Assembly (NCBI GenBank): GCA_963922455.1
Contig: CAWUIO010000006.1
Coordinates: 1,255 to 65,254 of the forward strand
Length of the DNA stretch: 64,000 nucleotides
Direction: 5' to 3'
Source of the DNA: an uncultured Microscillaceae bacterium
GTDB taxonomy: Bacteria; Bacteroidota; Bacteroidia; Cytophagales; Microscillaceae
Position 1 is the first letter of the stretch, and each line of letters opens with the position of its first letter. Under the pieces are notes generated by a model. That model worked only from the letters and a program-made list of their open reading frames with translations. It had not been told where the DNA came from and searched no databases. The translations under genes were made by a program, and so were the position numbers. Below, piece by piece: positions 26,656-37,038 of the stretch.

Positions 26656-27867
26656 TTAGGCTCTTGAGCTAGGCTGCGGTGCTACCTCTCGGTACATATC
26701 CAGAAGCTGTGGTTTGATGATTTCCGGATGAAAACACTGCTCATAACACTTGCGGGCCTGTCGGGCCATGCGCGCGTATTCTTCAGGCCCCATAGAGTAT
26801 ATTTTAAACAAGGCTTCGGCCGCTTCCTGATAATTTGAAACGACAAAACCAGCTTCATGCTCCAAAACCCGATCTTTAATAGGTACTTTATCGGATATAA
26901 TTACCGGTTTGTGCATCGATAAAGCTTCCACAATGCTTAGGCCAAATCCCTCATAACGAGAAAGTTGCATATACACATACGAATCTCGCAAATAACGGTA
27001 TTTATCCCGGTCACTTACCCGGCCTGGAATCTGGATGTGCCCCCCCGGATCCAATTGCATATCTTGGATCAAGTTACGCACCGTACGTAAATCTTGGGCA
27101 CTATGTCTCCCAATCATAACCATCGGAATCCGGATGCTACTATGTCTTTGAAATAACTGATAGGCCTTTAATTGCTGATCAATCCCTTTTTGGTAAATAT
27201 CAAAACGGCCTACAAAACAGATATGTCTCTTACGTGGGTAAACAAAATCCCGAGAATAGTCCGGAACAAAGTTGGTTACCATCGAGATCTTATTGTCGGT
27301 AAAACGACGGATATCTTCCACCCCTTGATTGCTGATGGCGTGCACCATACTCGCATTTTTCAAGATGTGGCCTTCTAAGGTTTTCAAGAAAACCAATTTC
27401 AACCATTTTTTCTTTTGAAGACTTTCGCTGCTGTACGAATCGTGAGGAGTAAAAATGTAGGGTATATTCTTTTCTTTAAGGATTTTAGAAAATTTATAAT
27501 TGCTGATGCGAAAAACACTGTGGAGGTGAAAAATACAATTGTCTTCCTGGGACATCTCATCGAGCCAACGATAAAAACGCTGAGGAAAACGCATGCCCAT
27601 CATTTTAAGGTAGGCAAAATGATGAATGGTAACCCCTTGTTTACGCTCTTTATAGTAGGCATCTTGATCCACTTGGTCAAAGTTGATAAAATGCATATCC
27701 AACTCGTGACGCAAAAGATTGGTATTCTGATACAGATATTGATTTACGCCGCATCCAGACTCCGGACGATAGACACCAAACTGAAAAACCTTGATCGTAG
27801 CCTTAGTTTTTGGGGTCGAGCACATGCTTGGAAAGCGTTCCATTACCGGGTAGTTGTTTGTACTCAT
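26656..27867 (-). CDS. Glycosyltransferase family 4 (GT-B)
   Basis: C-terminal EGFGLSIVEALSMHKPVIISD is a GT4 E-x7-E type motif. Start is uncertain (ATG at 27867 or 27825; the track uses TTG at 27912). Confidence 0.75.
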   Translation of the reverse strand: MSTNNYPVMERFPSMCSTPKTKATIKVFQFGVYRPESGCGVNQYLYQNTNLLRHELDMHFINFDQVDQDAYYKERKQGVTIHHFAYLKMMGMRFPQRFYRWLDEMSQEDNCIFHLHSVFRISNYKFSKILKEKNIPYIFTPHDSYSSESLQKKKWLKLVFLKTLEGHILKNASMVHAISNQGVEDIRRFTDNKISMVTNFVPDYSRDFVYPRKRHICFVGRFDIYQKGIDQQLKAYQLFQRHSSIRIPMVMIGRHSAQDLRTVRNLIQDMQLDPGGHIQIPGRVSDRDKYRYLRDSYVYMQLSRYEGFGLSIVEALSMHKPVIISDKVPIKDRVLEHEAGFVVSNYQEAAEALFKIYSMGPEEYARMARQARKCYEQCFHPEIIKPQLLDMYREVAPQPSSRA

Positions 27868-28220
27868 TGTTAATAATTTTGAATGATACCTAATAAATTT
27901 CTGTAAAATCAAATGCTCTTATGCTTGACCAAACCTTTTAATTTTGGAATTATCAAGAAACATTTGAAAGTAGATGAGATTACACTCTACTAGTCTTGTA
28001 GTGATGAAGAAACAGAAATATGTGGATCACGCGGCTATATACGACCCTGGCAAAGCTGTAAGAAATATCTTTTTGGTTGGTTGAAGCTCGTGTAGAATTG
28101 AGCTTTCTACTATTGTTTACTCCACTTACCAGGAAAAGGTTGCACTTGTAGGAAAAAAATTATTTACGGCTACCTTTTAGCGAATCTTTCTTGAAATTGG
28201 TCAAATCCAACTTATTTTCT

Positions 28221-29579
28221 TTAAAACCTCCCCCCTTCTGGCGTGGGAGCTTTCTGCCGAGCCCGGGCCATCAATTGATGAATGTAATTGCTGGTATGCG
28301 TGGCATGGTTCAAAAAACTTGTCAGGCTCTCTTCGCCCCGGATGCTAAAATCCTGCCCCGAATGATGGGCAATTGCTTCACTCTTGAGTTTGATTAATTG
28401 GTTCCGCATCCGGATCAATTCCCCCATCTCCAAGTCGGTATGCATTTCTAAGTTGAGGACGCGAAGTTCAATTTGGTTCAGTTCCACCAAATACCGCACA
28501 ATACCCAAGCCTTTGCGCCGGGCATACCACTGCCAGATAAAAAAGCTGGCAATAATGAGCGAAAAGACAAAACTCCGGAAGTTTTCGACGTATTCCACAA
28601 ATTCACTGGTAATTGCGGGGTTGTCCCGGTTGCGGTACATTCTTGCCCCCGGATGGATAGGGTACTCCAGGGCCCCCAGAAAATTGTCTTCATCCAAGGA
28701 AGGTAAATTGGCTTTACGGGCAAAGTCCCCCCCGTAAATGACATTCAGAAGTTGATTGATGGCCTGTCGCGGGGTACTTTTATGGGCAATCAGGATCAAT
28801 TGCGTCCCTAAAGTCTTGAGCCGCTTTTGAGGCACGGAGGGCACCAAACCATAGGTATAGGCCGGAATCCAATACTCTTTGACGGCAAAACGCTGGTTGG
28901 AAAAAGCCGCCCCAAAGGGAATTTCCATGAGCCGGTAGCCATACTCTTTCACCAATATTTCGGCTTGCCCCGAAGGCAGGGAAGAAACCATAAAAAATGC
29001 ATCGGGCAATTGCGACATGCTACTGTCACGGGGCAATTGGGCAATTTGGGAGTAAGATAGATTGGTCTCCGTATACGTTTCCTCGCTCAATCCGGCAAAT
29101 GCCAGCACTTCCTTGCTCAGTAAGTTAGACCCACTCCCCGGCGAACTCAAATTGAGCCGTCTACCCCGAAGCCCGTTCAAGCCTAAGCTGTCCAATCCGG
29201 GTTTTACCAAAACGTGCAGGGGTTCTCTTTGCAAAACGGCCACTTGTTGCACATTGGGCAGGGTCTCAATCCCCCCTTGGATCAAAGCAATATCCAAGCG
29301 GCCCTCCGAAACTTTTTGGAGCGCTTCTCCCGAACCTTGAGTGCCTTCTATTTCGATAAAAATACCGGGGGCATTGGCTTCTTCTACCAAAGCCCGGGCT
29401 ATATCGGTACGGCGGCCGTGTAAGCTCCCCGCACTCATACGCAGTTGGTAGGTATTTCCCTGAATTCCTCGCCAGTAAAAATAGATGGATATCCCCAAAG
29501 ACAGTAAGATTAACACAATCAATACATACCGGGTCGCAATGAGTTTGCGAAGCAAATGAGTGGTTTGAACCGGAGCCAT
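28221..29579 (-). CDS. TAXI-family TRAP-type solute-binding protein-like, membrane anchored with extra C-terminal TM/coiled-coil
   Basis: N-terminal transmembrane segment, then SAGSLHGRRTDIARAL...GTQGSGEALQKVSEGRLDIALIQGG, which is typical of the TAXI/NMT1-like fold. Confidence 0.5.
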   Translation of the reverse strand: MAPVQTTHLLRKLIATRYVLIVLILLSLGISIYFYWRGIQGNTYQLRMSAGSLHGRRTDIARALVEEANAPGIFIEIEGTQGSGEALQKVSEGRLDIALIQGGIETLPNVQQVAVLQREPLHVLVKPGLDSLGLNGLRGRRLNLSSPGSGSNLLSKEVLAFAGLSEETYTETNLSYSQIAQLPRDSSMSQLPDAFFMVSSLPSGQAEILVKEYGYRLMEIPFGAAFSNQRFAVKEYWIPAYTYGLVPSVPQKRLKTLGTQLILIAHKSTPRQAINQLLNVIYGGDFARKANLPSLDEDNFLGALEYPIHPGARMYRNRDNPAITSEFVEYVENFRSFVFSLIIASFFIWQWYARRKGLGIVRYLVELNQIELRVLNLEMHTDLEMGELIRMRNQLIKLKSEAIAHHSGQDFSIRGEESLTSFLNHATHTSNYIHQLMARARQKAPTPEGGRF

Positions 29580-29730
29580 AGGTACAAAACTTGGTGAAGG
29601 GGCGGTTTGTGCAGCATATTCTTCTTTCCGAGCAAAATTGCCTTTGCTTTATAGCGGCAATATACATAAAAAGTGCCTAGCAATCCAGCAATTTCCCGGA
29701 ACTTAAGCCCCTAGTTCTAAGGATTTTTCT

Positions 29731-29860
29731 GGGGCTTCCCCGCGCCAAAGGAGGCACTACCCATTTGCCCTTCGGTAGCCGCGCGGGTCGGGCTTTCGCT
29801 ACTCGCTGCCTTTCCCCGCTAGGCCTGCACGAGCTCAAACAGGCCGCTCTATCCCTAAGC
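29731..29860 (-). repeat. Family-1 dispersed repeat, copy 9 (reverse)
   Basis: GGGGCTTCCCCGCGC, then a 35-nt unique segment, then GCGCGGGTCGGGCTTTCGCTACTCGCTGCCTTTCCCC...CTCTATCCCTAAGC. Confidence 0.9.
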
Positions 29861-30081
29861 TGATGAAAAGAGAGCAGAGACTTAAAACCAGGAGGCGATA
29901 AGCGGGAGTTGGGATGCATTGTCATCTCCCAGGGTATTGCTCGTGTTTGTTAGATACTGCTCTTCGGAGACCAATCTACTAGAAAAGACCGTCTGTTAAA
30001 CCAGAGAATAAACCCATTCCATAATTCTTTGGCCATGTCTAAGCGAAGTGCTATTTTGCTAGCCATTAAATTTTACCCGAT

Positions 30082-30702
30082 ATGGTTTACGAAGTCATCA
30101 AACCCCTGGGCCAGGCGGCTATCCAGTTATTATTTAAGGCCCTGGGACTTTTTTTGGGGCTGCTCTTATTTAATTGGGGGCTGTTGATTTCCTTTTTTTG
30201 GATCATTCCTGGCTCTGGGGCGGCCTACTTTTCTTACTGGCTGGTAATCATGTTCTTTTTTGGGGTGATTGTCCCTATCTTCTTTTTGGTATTGCTAAGG
30301 ATCTACCTGCCCCAGATGGTTTTGTTTCATGTATATGAAGAATACCAAGAGGTGATACTCGAGATGCTGGCCCAGCGCATCCTGGAAAATTCGGGCAAAT
30401 TAGACCCGGCGGCCCTGATGGACTGGGCGAAGGAAATTCGCCCCCGGATTTTGGCCCGGCTCTTTAAATACTTTTTAAAAATATTTCCCTGGGAAGAAAT
30501 CCCGGAAAAATTGGCCGAAGCCGAAGAGGGCCAGCCGCTCCCAGTAGAGGAGCTTACCCAGCTCCTCATAGATACCGTCGAGGAGGAAGTACCTACTTCT
30601 TGGCTGGCTTTTAGCTATTGGCGTTTCTGGAGATGGTTTTTGGTCAACCTTATCCTGTGGGGCTTGGCTTTTTATGGGGCATATTCCTTATATTCCGGTT
30701 AA
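30082..30702 (+). CDS. Integral membrane protein (hypothetical)
   Basis: Four or more hydrophobic segments, 206 aa. Confidence 0.6.
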   Translation: MVYEVIKPLGQAAIQLLFKALGLFLGLLLFNWGLLISFFWIIPGSGAAYFSYWLVIMFFFGVIVPIFFLVLLRIYLPQMVLFHVYEEYQEVILEMLAQRILENSGKLDPAALMDWAKEIRPRILARLFKYFLKIFPWEEIPEKLAEAEEGQPLPVEELTQLLIDTVEEEVPTSWLAFSYWRFWRWFLVNLILWGLAFYGAYSLYSG

Positions 30703-30728
30703 GTGCCATCATAAAGCAAAACGTGTCT

Positions 30729-31697
30729 ATGGAAGAAGAAGTAAAATGGTATACGACCCAATTAAGCGGGGCTATTTGGGGATTGGTCGTAGGTGATGCC
30801 TTGGGAGTACCGGTAGAGTTCAAATCGCGGGAGTATTTGGAGCAATACCCCCTCCAAGAAATGACGGGCTATGGCACCCACAATCAGCCCCCAGGTACTT
30901 GGTCGGACGACAGTTCCCTGACGTTTTGCCTCATGGAGAGCCTTTGCTTGGGCTATAATTTGAGCGATGTGGGGCAAAGGTTTGTTCGCTGGCTCTACGA
31001 AGATTACTGGACACCCCACGGCAAAGTCTTCGATGTGGGGATTGGTACTTCCCAGGCCATTGCCCGTTTCCGGTCAAGCCAAGACCCTCATATCAGCGGC
31101 AATACGACCGAATCGAGCAATGGCAACGGTTCTTTGATGCGTATTCTCCCTTTGCTTTTTTATATAAGCCAACTTGCGCGGGACGAGCGCTTTAAGAAGA
31201 TTGGAGAAGTCTCGGCCCTTACCCATGCCCATCCCCGGTCTCAATTGGCTTGTGTACTCTATCTTGAATACATACGTTATCTATTGGCAGGCAAGACCAA
31301 AGAAGAGGCCTACCAAGAGTTTCGGAAAGACTTGCCCTCTCAGCTCTTAGAATTTCCCGCATTAGACCGGGAAAGAAGGCAGTTTCATTTGCTTTTGGAG
31401 GAGGACATCCGGCAGAGGGACTGGAGCGAAATTTCGGGTTCGGGCTATGTGGTAGATAGCCTGGAAGCCTCTTTATGGTGTTTTTTAAAAAAAGACAGTT
31501 ACGAAGCTTGTGTAAAAGCCGCCATCCATCTGGGTGAGGACACGGATACAACGGCTGCCATCACGGGGGGCCTGGCCGGACTTTATTATGGAGTAGCCGC
31601 CATCCCTCCGAGCTGGAAACGGAGCCTAGCCCGGCCCGGAGATATTGAAGATCTTATCCGAAGGTTTGAGCAGGCCTTGCGCAGGGCTGGGGTTTAA
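30729..31697 (+). CDS. ADP-ribosylglycohydrolase family protein
   Basis: GAIWGLVVGDALGVPVEF, WSDDSSLT and GEDTDTTAAITGGLAGLYYG motifs. Start moved to the ATG at 30729. Confidence 0.85.
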   Translation: MEEEVKWYTTQLSGAIWGLVVGDALGVPVEFKSREYLEQYPLQEMTGYGTHNQPPGTWSDDSSLTFCLMESLCLGYNLSDVGQRFVRWLYEDYWTPHGKVFDVGIGTSQAIARFRSSQDPHISGNTTESSNGNGSLMRILPLLFYISQLARDERFKKIGEVSALTHAHPRSQLACVLYLEYIRYLLAGKTKEEAYQEFRKDLPSQLLEFPALDRERRQFHLLLEEDIRQRDWSEISGSGYVVDSLEASLWCFLKKDSYEACVKAAIHLGEDTDTTAAITGGLAGLYYGVAAIPPSWKRSLARPGDIEDLIRRFEQALRRAGV

Positions 31698-31788
31698 CAA
31701 GTCAATATAGGTTTTGGCTTAATAAGTTGGAGTTTTTTTGAGCTCATCGGGGTTATAAATCCACGTGCTTCTGGGCACAAAATGAAAT

Positions 31789-31928
31789 GGCATAGGGACG
31801 GAAGCCTGTAAGGCCGAGACCGCCGCTGGTTTGCGCGTGAGCCGGCTCGGGGCTTGCCCGACGGCCCGACCCCCTCCCCGGCACTTATTTTGAAGTTGCT
31901 TATACTTTTGGGGGAGGGGGGATGCCCC
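31789..31928 (+). repeat. Family-1 dispersed repeat, copy 10 (forward), subfamily B
   Basis: GGCATAGGGACGGAAGCC...GAGACCGCCGCTGG...GAGCCGGCTCGG...GCCCGA. The stem is CCCCCTCCCC/GGGGAGGGGG around a 31-nt unique segment, with tail GATGCCCC. Confidence 0.75.
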
Positions 31929-32323
31929 TTATTTTTAGTTTGATGAGTAGTTGCGAGAAAGATATGCAAGAATTGGCAAGCAAATCTCCCGATGAACGCT
32001 GGGAGGAATTGATGAACTTTATTGAAAATCACTTTGGGAAACGCCCGGAAAACCTGAAAGCGGTGCTTTTTTTGATTGGCGTACAGGAGCTGGGCCAGGG
32101 AGTGAAAGTTTTTACGAAGGAGCAAAAGCAAGACCTGATGCACATAGCAATCTGCCGCTTACTGAGCAGCAGTGGGGTGTATGAACTGGAAGGGCATGAC
32201 GAAGACGGATGGCCCCACTGGAAACTTGTGCAAAATGTACCCCATCTGGACATTTTAAGTCAGGAAGAACTACTCAAAAGTCATATTTTGGAGTATTTTG
32301 CCGAACAAGGTATTCCCGAATAA
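31922..32323 (+). CDS. Hypothetical protein (133 aa)
   Basis: ORF precedes xth. The annotated ATG lies inside repeat copy 10, so the true start may be a downstream Met. Confidence 0.5.
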   Translation: MPLIFSLMSSCEKDMQELASKSPDERWEELMNFIENHFGKRPENLKAVLFLIGVQELGQGVKVFTKEQKQDLMHIAICRLLSSSGVYELEGHDEDGWPHWKLVQNVPHLDILSQEELLKSHILEYFAEQGIPE

Positions 32324-32332
32324 ACGCATGGT

Positions 32333-33103
32333 ATGAAGATTATCACGTATAACATTAACGGCATCCGGGCCGGGATTAGAAAAGGATTGATCGATTGGCT
32401 GAAGGCTACCGGGGCCGATGTGGTGTGCATTCAAGAGACCAAGGCCCAGCCCAGCCAAGTACCCTTGGATTTGTTTGAAGAACTGGGCTACAAAACCTAC
32501 TGGAACTCTGCCCAAAAGAAAGGATATAGCGGTACGGCTATTTTTAGCAAGATAGAACCCGAACGCGTACTGGTAGGCTACGAACCAGAGACGGGTTTGG
32601 AAGATCCCGAAGGACGCGTCTTGAGAATGGACTTTCCGGAGCTCTCTGTTATGAGTGTGTATATGCCCTCGGGCTCCAGTAGTGTAGAACGCCAGGTTTT
32701 CAAGATGGAATGGATGAGGGTCTTTTATACGTATATCCAGAATTTATTGCAAGAGAAGCCTAATTTGCTCATCAGTGGGGATTATAATATTTGCCATAAG
32801 CCCATAGATATCCATAATCCTAAATCCAACGCCAAATCCTCAGGTTTTTTGCCGGAAGAGCGGGAATGGTTGAGCCAGTTTATGGAATTAGGCTTTATTG
32901 ATACCTTCCGGCATCTAAACCCAGAGCCCCATCATTATACGTGGTGGAGTTCGCGCTCCAATGCCCGGGAGAAGAATTTGGGCTGGCGCATCGATTACCA
33001 TATGATATCCCAAGCCTTGGAGGAAAAGTTGGCCAGGGCCTTGATTTTGAAGGAGGCTTATCATTCGGACCATTGCCCGGTTTTGGTAGATTTGAAATTT
33101 TAG
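32333..33103 (+). CDS. xth: Exodeoxyribonuclease III
   Basis: MKIITYNINGIRA, CIQETK, SGDYNICH and SDHCPV motifs of the EEP AP-endonuclease family. Confidence 0.9.
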   Translation: MKIITYNINGIRAGIRKGLIDWLKATGADVVCIQETKAQPSQVPLDLFEELGYKTYWNSAQKKGYSGTAIFSKIEPERVLVGYEPETGLEDPEGRVLRMDFPELSVMSVYMPSGSSSVERQVFKMEWMRVFYTYIQNLLQEKPNLLISGDYNICHKPIDIHNPKSNAKSSGFLPEEREWLSQFMELGFIDTFRHLNPEPHHYTWWSSRSNAREKNLGWRIDYHMISQALEEKLARALILKEAYHSDHCPVLVDLKF

Positions 33104-33214
33104 GAAACAATATTGGATTTATGGAGTACTAAAACACACCAGGATTTAGCAATTTTTCCCCTTTTAATTGTCATCCGAAAAAGATATATTTGAGTTTAGG
33201 ATAATACTATACCC

Positions 33215-36200
33215 ATGAAAGTTGAAAATACAGCCCAATCTCTTTTTGATCAGCTTAAAAGCTATAAGAAAAAATACTATACCAATCTCCTAGTCCGAGG
33301 CTTATTGATTGCCTTGGCCTTGGTAGGCAGCACGTATATCCTCTTCAATGCCCTCGAGTATTTGGGAAGGTTTAATACCATGGTGCGCGGCTTATTCTTT
33401 TTTGGCTTCCTGGCCCTTTGCGCTTATGTGCTGTTTAGTTGGATTATCGAGCCTCTCAGCCGCTTGTTCAAGCTCAATCGCCAAATTAGCGATGAAGAAG
33501 CGGCCCGGCAGATCGGAAAATATTTTCCTGATGTAGATGACAAATTGCTCAACACCATCCAGCTAAATACTTCCTCAGGCCAAGATAATTCGCTTTTGCA
33601 AGCGACCATCCAGCAAAGAACCCAAGACTTGAGTGTTTTCAACTTTTCGGAGGCGGTGCAGCTTTCAGAAAACCGTCGGTATTTGCGCTACGCCCTCCCC
33701 CCGGTATTGTTCTTATTTTTCTTTTTCGTGATTGCCCCGCAGTCTTTCCGAGATTTTTTTGGGGCCAGCTCCCACCGTATTATCAACTACCAGTTGACTT
33801 TTGCCGACCCGGCCCCTTTCACCTTTAATCTGCTCAATGAAGAATTAGAGGCTTTCAAAAACGAAGACTTTGTGATCCGTTTAAAAATGGAAGGGCAAGC
33901 CATCCCGGCCGAGGTGTACATTCATAGTGGAGAGCGCCGTTACAAATTGAGCTTAAATGAAGAAGGCGATTATGAGTACCGCATCTCCAAGATCCAAAAG
34001 CCTATGGACTTTTACTTTGATGCGGCCGGTTTCCGTTCTAACACCTATTCGGTAGAACTTATCGAGCGTCCTACCTTACTTTCCTTTAAAGCATCCCTCT
34101 CCTACCCTGCCTACTTAGGCAAGCCCAATGAAAGTTGGGAAAACATTGGGAACTTGGTAGTCCCTGAGGGTACCCAAATCCAATGGTTGTTCAGCACTAA
34201 TCAATCTGACAAACTGGAACTTATTTTCTCCGGGTCAAAGGATACCATTGCCGCTCAAAAACAAAGCAGTACGCAATACGCCTATCAAAAGCCCATCCGT
34301 AGCTCGGAAAACTATCAGATACGACTCGAGAATGAGCATAGTAGCAATAAGGAAGAGATTAGCTACTATATCAGCGTGGTACCCGATCGCTACCCTAAAA
34401 TTTCTATGCAAGAATATGAAGATACAGCTACGTATAATTTCCTAAGCCTGGGAGGCAGTGTTTCGGATGATTATGGATTGAGCCAACTCAAACTTTTCTA
34501 CCGGATCAATCGGGACGAGCAAACGCCCGCTTGGAGTACGGCTCCCATTCCGCTTAATAACAATCAGTCTATCCAAAATTATTTCTTTGAAATGCCTTTG
34601 CAAAACCTCAATTTGCAACCAGGGGATAAGATAGAATACTATACCCAAGTATGGGATAATGATGGGGTAAATGGTCCCAAAAGCAGCCGCTCTACCATGC
34701 GCCAGTTTAATATACCTACCCGAGGCGAGTTAAAAGAAGAAATTGATCAGTCGGTAGCCGAGACGGAGAATACTATTGACAAAACCCTCAAAAAAGCCCA
34801 GAATCTTCAAAAAGACATCGATAATCTAGAAAACAAGCTCCGAAACAAGCAAAAGCTAGATTATCAGGATAAAAAACTCGCCGAAGATATCCTAAAAAAG
34901 CGGGAAGACTTAATGCAGGAGATTCAAAAGCTCCAAGAACAAAACCAAAACATCAACGAAAAGCAAGAGCGTTTCTCCGAACTGGATGAGCAAGTGGCCG
35001 AAAAAATGGAGCAACTTCAACAGTTGATGGACGAATTGATGGACGAGGAAACAAAGAAACTCTACGAAGAACTCAAAAAACTACTCGAGCAAAACCGGAA
35101 CAACGATGCCGTACTAGACAAGCTGGAAGAGATCAACCAAAAAGAAAGCTTCCTGGAAAAAGAATTGGAGAGGGCCCTCGAGATGTTTAAGCAATTGCAG
35201 TTTGAGCAAAAACTAGAAGAGACCATTGATGAATTAGAAGAACTGGCCGAAGATCAAAAAGAACTTTCGGAGCAATCGGAAAAGCTAGACGAACAAAAAG
35301 GAAATGACGAAAGCAAATCTGAAGAAGCCAAAGAAATAGAAGAGAAGCAGGAAGATATCAATGAAAAATTTGAAGAACTGCAAGAAGAGATGGAGGAACT
35401 GGAAGAGCTAGACCAAGACCTGGAGAACCCGAACGGGATGAAAGAGAATAATGAAGACATGCAAAATGAACAGATGGAGATCTCCGAAGAAATGAAAAAA
35501 GCCCTCGAGCAACTCCAAAAGCAACAAATGAACAAAGCCGGAAAGTCCCAGAAAAATGCCGGTGAACAAATGCAAAAAATGGCTGAACAAATGGGCCAGA
35601 TGCAGTCCAGCATGCAGATGGAGCAAATGATGGAAGATATGGACGACCTTCGGGCCATCTTGGAAAACTTAGTGAAGCTTTCTTTTGACCAAGAACAACT
35701 GATGAAAGACTTCAAAAACGTTAACTTGTCCGATCCACGTTTTATCCAACTGGCCCAACAGCAGCTCAAACTACGAGACGATGCCAAAATCATTGAGGAC
35801 AGCCTCCAAGCCTTGGCCAAACGCGTATTTCAAATACAGTCTTTCGTAACGCGGGAAGTTGGGGAAATGAATAATTATATGGACGAGAGTTCGGATATGA
35901 TCAAACAACGCAAATTGGGCAATGCTATTTCCAAACAACAATTTGCGATGACTTCTATGAACAACCTCGCCCTGATGCTGAGCGATGTCTTGCAACAAAT
36001 GCAGCAAGCTATGCAAAATGCCATGGCCATGCCTTCGCAAGGCAAGGGAAAACCCCAAAAAAGCCCTAACTTGAGTAAATTACAACAGAGTCTTGGCCAA
36101 AAAATAGATCAATTGAAACGAAGTGGCAAAACAGGTCGGGAACTTTCCGAAGAATTAGCTAAACTTGCCGCTGAGCAGGAACGTATTCGCCGAGCCTTGC

Positions 36201-36577
36201 AAGAATTACAGAAAATGACGGGAGGTGATGCAGCGCTAAAAGAAAAATTAGCCAAGCAAATCCAGGAGATCCAAAAGGAAATGGAGAAAAATGAAGAAGA
36301 CCTGGTCAACAAGCGAATTCAAAATATAAGCAAAGAAAGGCTGAAAAAAATTGAAACACGCCTCCTCGAATCGGAAAAAGCCGTAAAAGAACAAGGGGAG
36401 GAAGAACAAAGAAAAGCCGATCAAGCCAAGGACAAAACCAAAAAAGTCCCCCCAAGTCTTGAGCAATACCTGCGTAATAAAGAAAAGCAAATTGAACTTT
36501 TAAAAACCATACCTCCGGCTTTATCTCCGTATTACAAAAAAGAGGTTGATGAATATTTTGAAAAAATCGATAAATAA
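33215..36577 (+). CDS. Large membrane-anchored coiled-coil protein, DUF4175-like
   Basis: Two N-terminal transmembrane segments, a beta-rich middle, then about 550 aa of E/K/Q/M-rich heptad-like sequence. Confidence 0.7.
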   Translation: MKVENTAQSLFDQLKSYKKKYYTNLLVRGLLIALALVGSTYILFNALEYLGRFNTMVRGLFFFGFLALCAYVLFSWIIEPLSRLFKLNRQISDEEAARQIGKYFPDVDDKLLNTIQLNTSSGQDNSLLQATIQQRTQDLSVFNFSEAVQLSENRRYLRYALPPVLFLFFFFVIAPQSFRDFFGASSHRIINYQLTFADPAPFTFNLLNEELEAFKNEDFVIRLKMEGQAIPAEVYIHSGERRYKLSLNEEGDYEYRISKIQKPMDFYFDAAGFRSNTYSVELIERPTLLSFKASLSYPAYLGKPNESWENIGNLVVPEGTQIQWLFSTNQSDKLELIFSGSKDTIAAQKQSSTQYAYQKPIRSSENYQIRLENEHSSNKEEISYYISVVPDRYPKISMQEYEDTATYNFLSLGGSVSDDYGLSQLKLFYRINRDEQTPAWSTAPIPLNNNQSIQNYFFEMPLQNLNLQPGDKIEYYTQVWDNDGVNGPKSSRSTMRQFNIPTRGELKEEIDQSVAETENTIDKTLKKAQNLQKDIDNLENKLRNKQKLDYQDKKLAEDILKKREDLMQEIQKLQEQNQNINEKQERFSELDEQVAEKMEQLQQLMDELMDEETKKLYEELKKLLEQNRNNDAVLDKLEEINQKESFLEKELERALEMFKQLQFEQKLEETIDELEELAEDQKELSEQSEKLDEQKGNDESKSEEAKEIEEKQEDINEKFEELQEEMEELEELDQDLENPNGMKENNEDMQNEQMEISEEMKKALEQLQKQQMNKAGKSQKNAGEQMQKMAEQMGQMQSSMQMEQMMEDMDDLRAILENLVKLSFDQEQLMKDFKNVNLSDPRFIQLAQQQLKLRDDAKIIEDSLQALAKRVFQIQSFVTREVGEMNNYMDESSDMIKQRKLGNAISKQQFAMTSMNNLALMLSDVLQQMQQAMQNAMAMPSQGKGKPQKSPNLSKLQQSLGQKIDQLKRSGKTGRELSEELAKLAAEQERIRRALQELQKMTGGDAALKEKLAKQIQEIQKEMEKNEEDLVNKRIQNISKERLKKIETRLLESEKAVKEQGEEEQRKADQAKDKTKKVPPSLEQYLRNKEKQIELLKTIPPALSPYYKKEVDEYFEKIDK

Positions 36578-36589
36578 ATTATACACATA

Positions 36590-36991
36590 ATGAGCCTATT
36601 TAAGCTAAAATTTCCCTCCCTAATGGAAAACATTAGAATTGTGGAAAGCTTTATAGACAATGCCAAAGATAAACACGATATAAACGACGATATCTACGGC
36701 AATATCATGATTGCCGTCACCGAGTCTGTTAACAATGCCATCAAACACGGTAACCACGAAGACGAAAAGAAAAACGTCAACCTGTTTATGGAATTGACCA
36801 ACCATCGGATTCGCTTTGTGATCGAGGATGAAGGCCCTGGCTTTGACTTTACCGACTTGCACGACCCCACGGCCCCCGAAAACTTAGAAAAACCCGGTGG
36901 CCGGGGCATTTTCTTGATGAAAAGCCTATCCGATGAGGTAAATTTTGATAATAATGGGAGTATGGTGGAGCTGGTATTTTACGTTGACTAA
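36590..36991 (+). CDS. HATPase_c-type ATP-binding protein (RsbW/SpoIIAB-like anti-sigma kinase fold)
   Basis: ESVNNAIKHG N-box and DEGPGFD...GGRGIFLM G-boxes, 133 aa. Confidence 0.75.
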   Translation: MSLFKLKFPSLMENIRIVESFIDNAKDKHDINDDIYGNIMIAVTESVNNAIKHGNHEDEKKNVNLFMELTNHRIRFVIEDEGPGFDFTDLHDPTAPENLEKPGGRGIFLMKSLSDEVNFDNNGSMVELVFYVD

Positions 36992-37038
36992 GCCTCTCCC
37001 TCTCTTTTTCTGCTCACAGGCTCCCAACCCCTAAGTCA

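Noticed and set aside
26150-26659. 169-aa plus-strand ORF.
   Set aside because: It overlaps the recognisable bTHX gene and its terminator on the other strand and has no motif. It spans an intergenic region.
734-31697. Macro-domain protein (734-1213) and ADP-ribosylglycohydrolase (30729-31697) as parts of one ADP-ribosylation toxin/defence system.
   Set aside because: They are 30 kb apart, each sits in a housekeeping context, and no ART toxin gene is nearby.
35254-35820. Antisense and out-of-frame ORFs inside the coiled-coil gene (for example 35254-35820, 35408-35626, 36109-36312).
   Set aside because: They are low-complexity Ser/Phe/Cys or Leu/His-rich translations of the reverse strand of GAA/AAG-rich coding sequence. 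This is a typical shadow-ORF effect.
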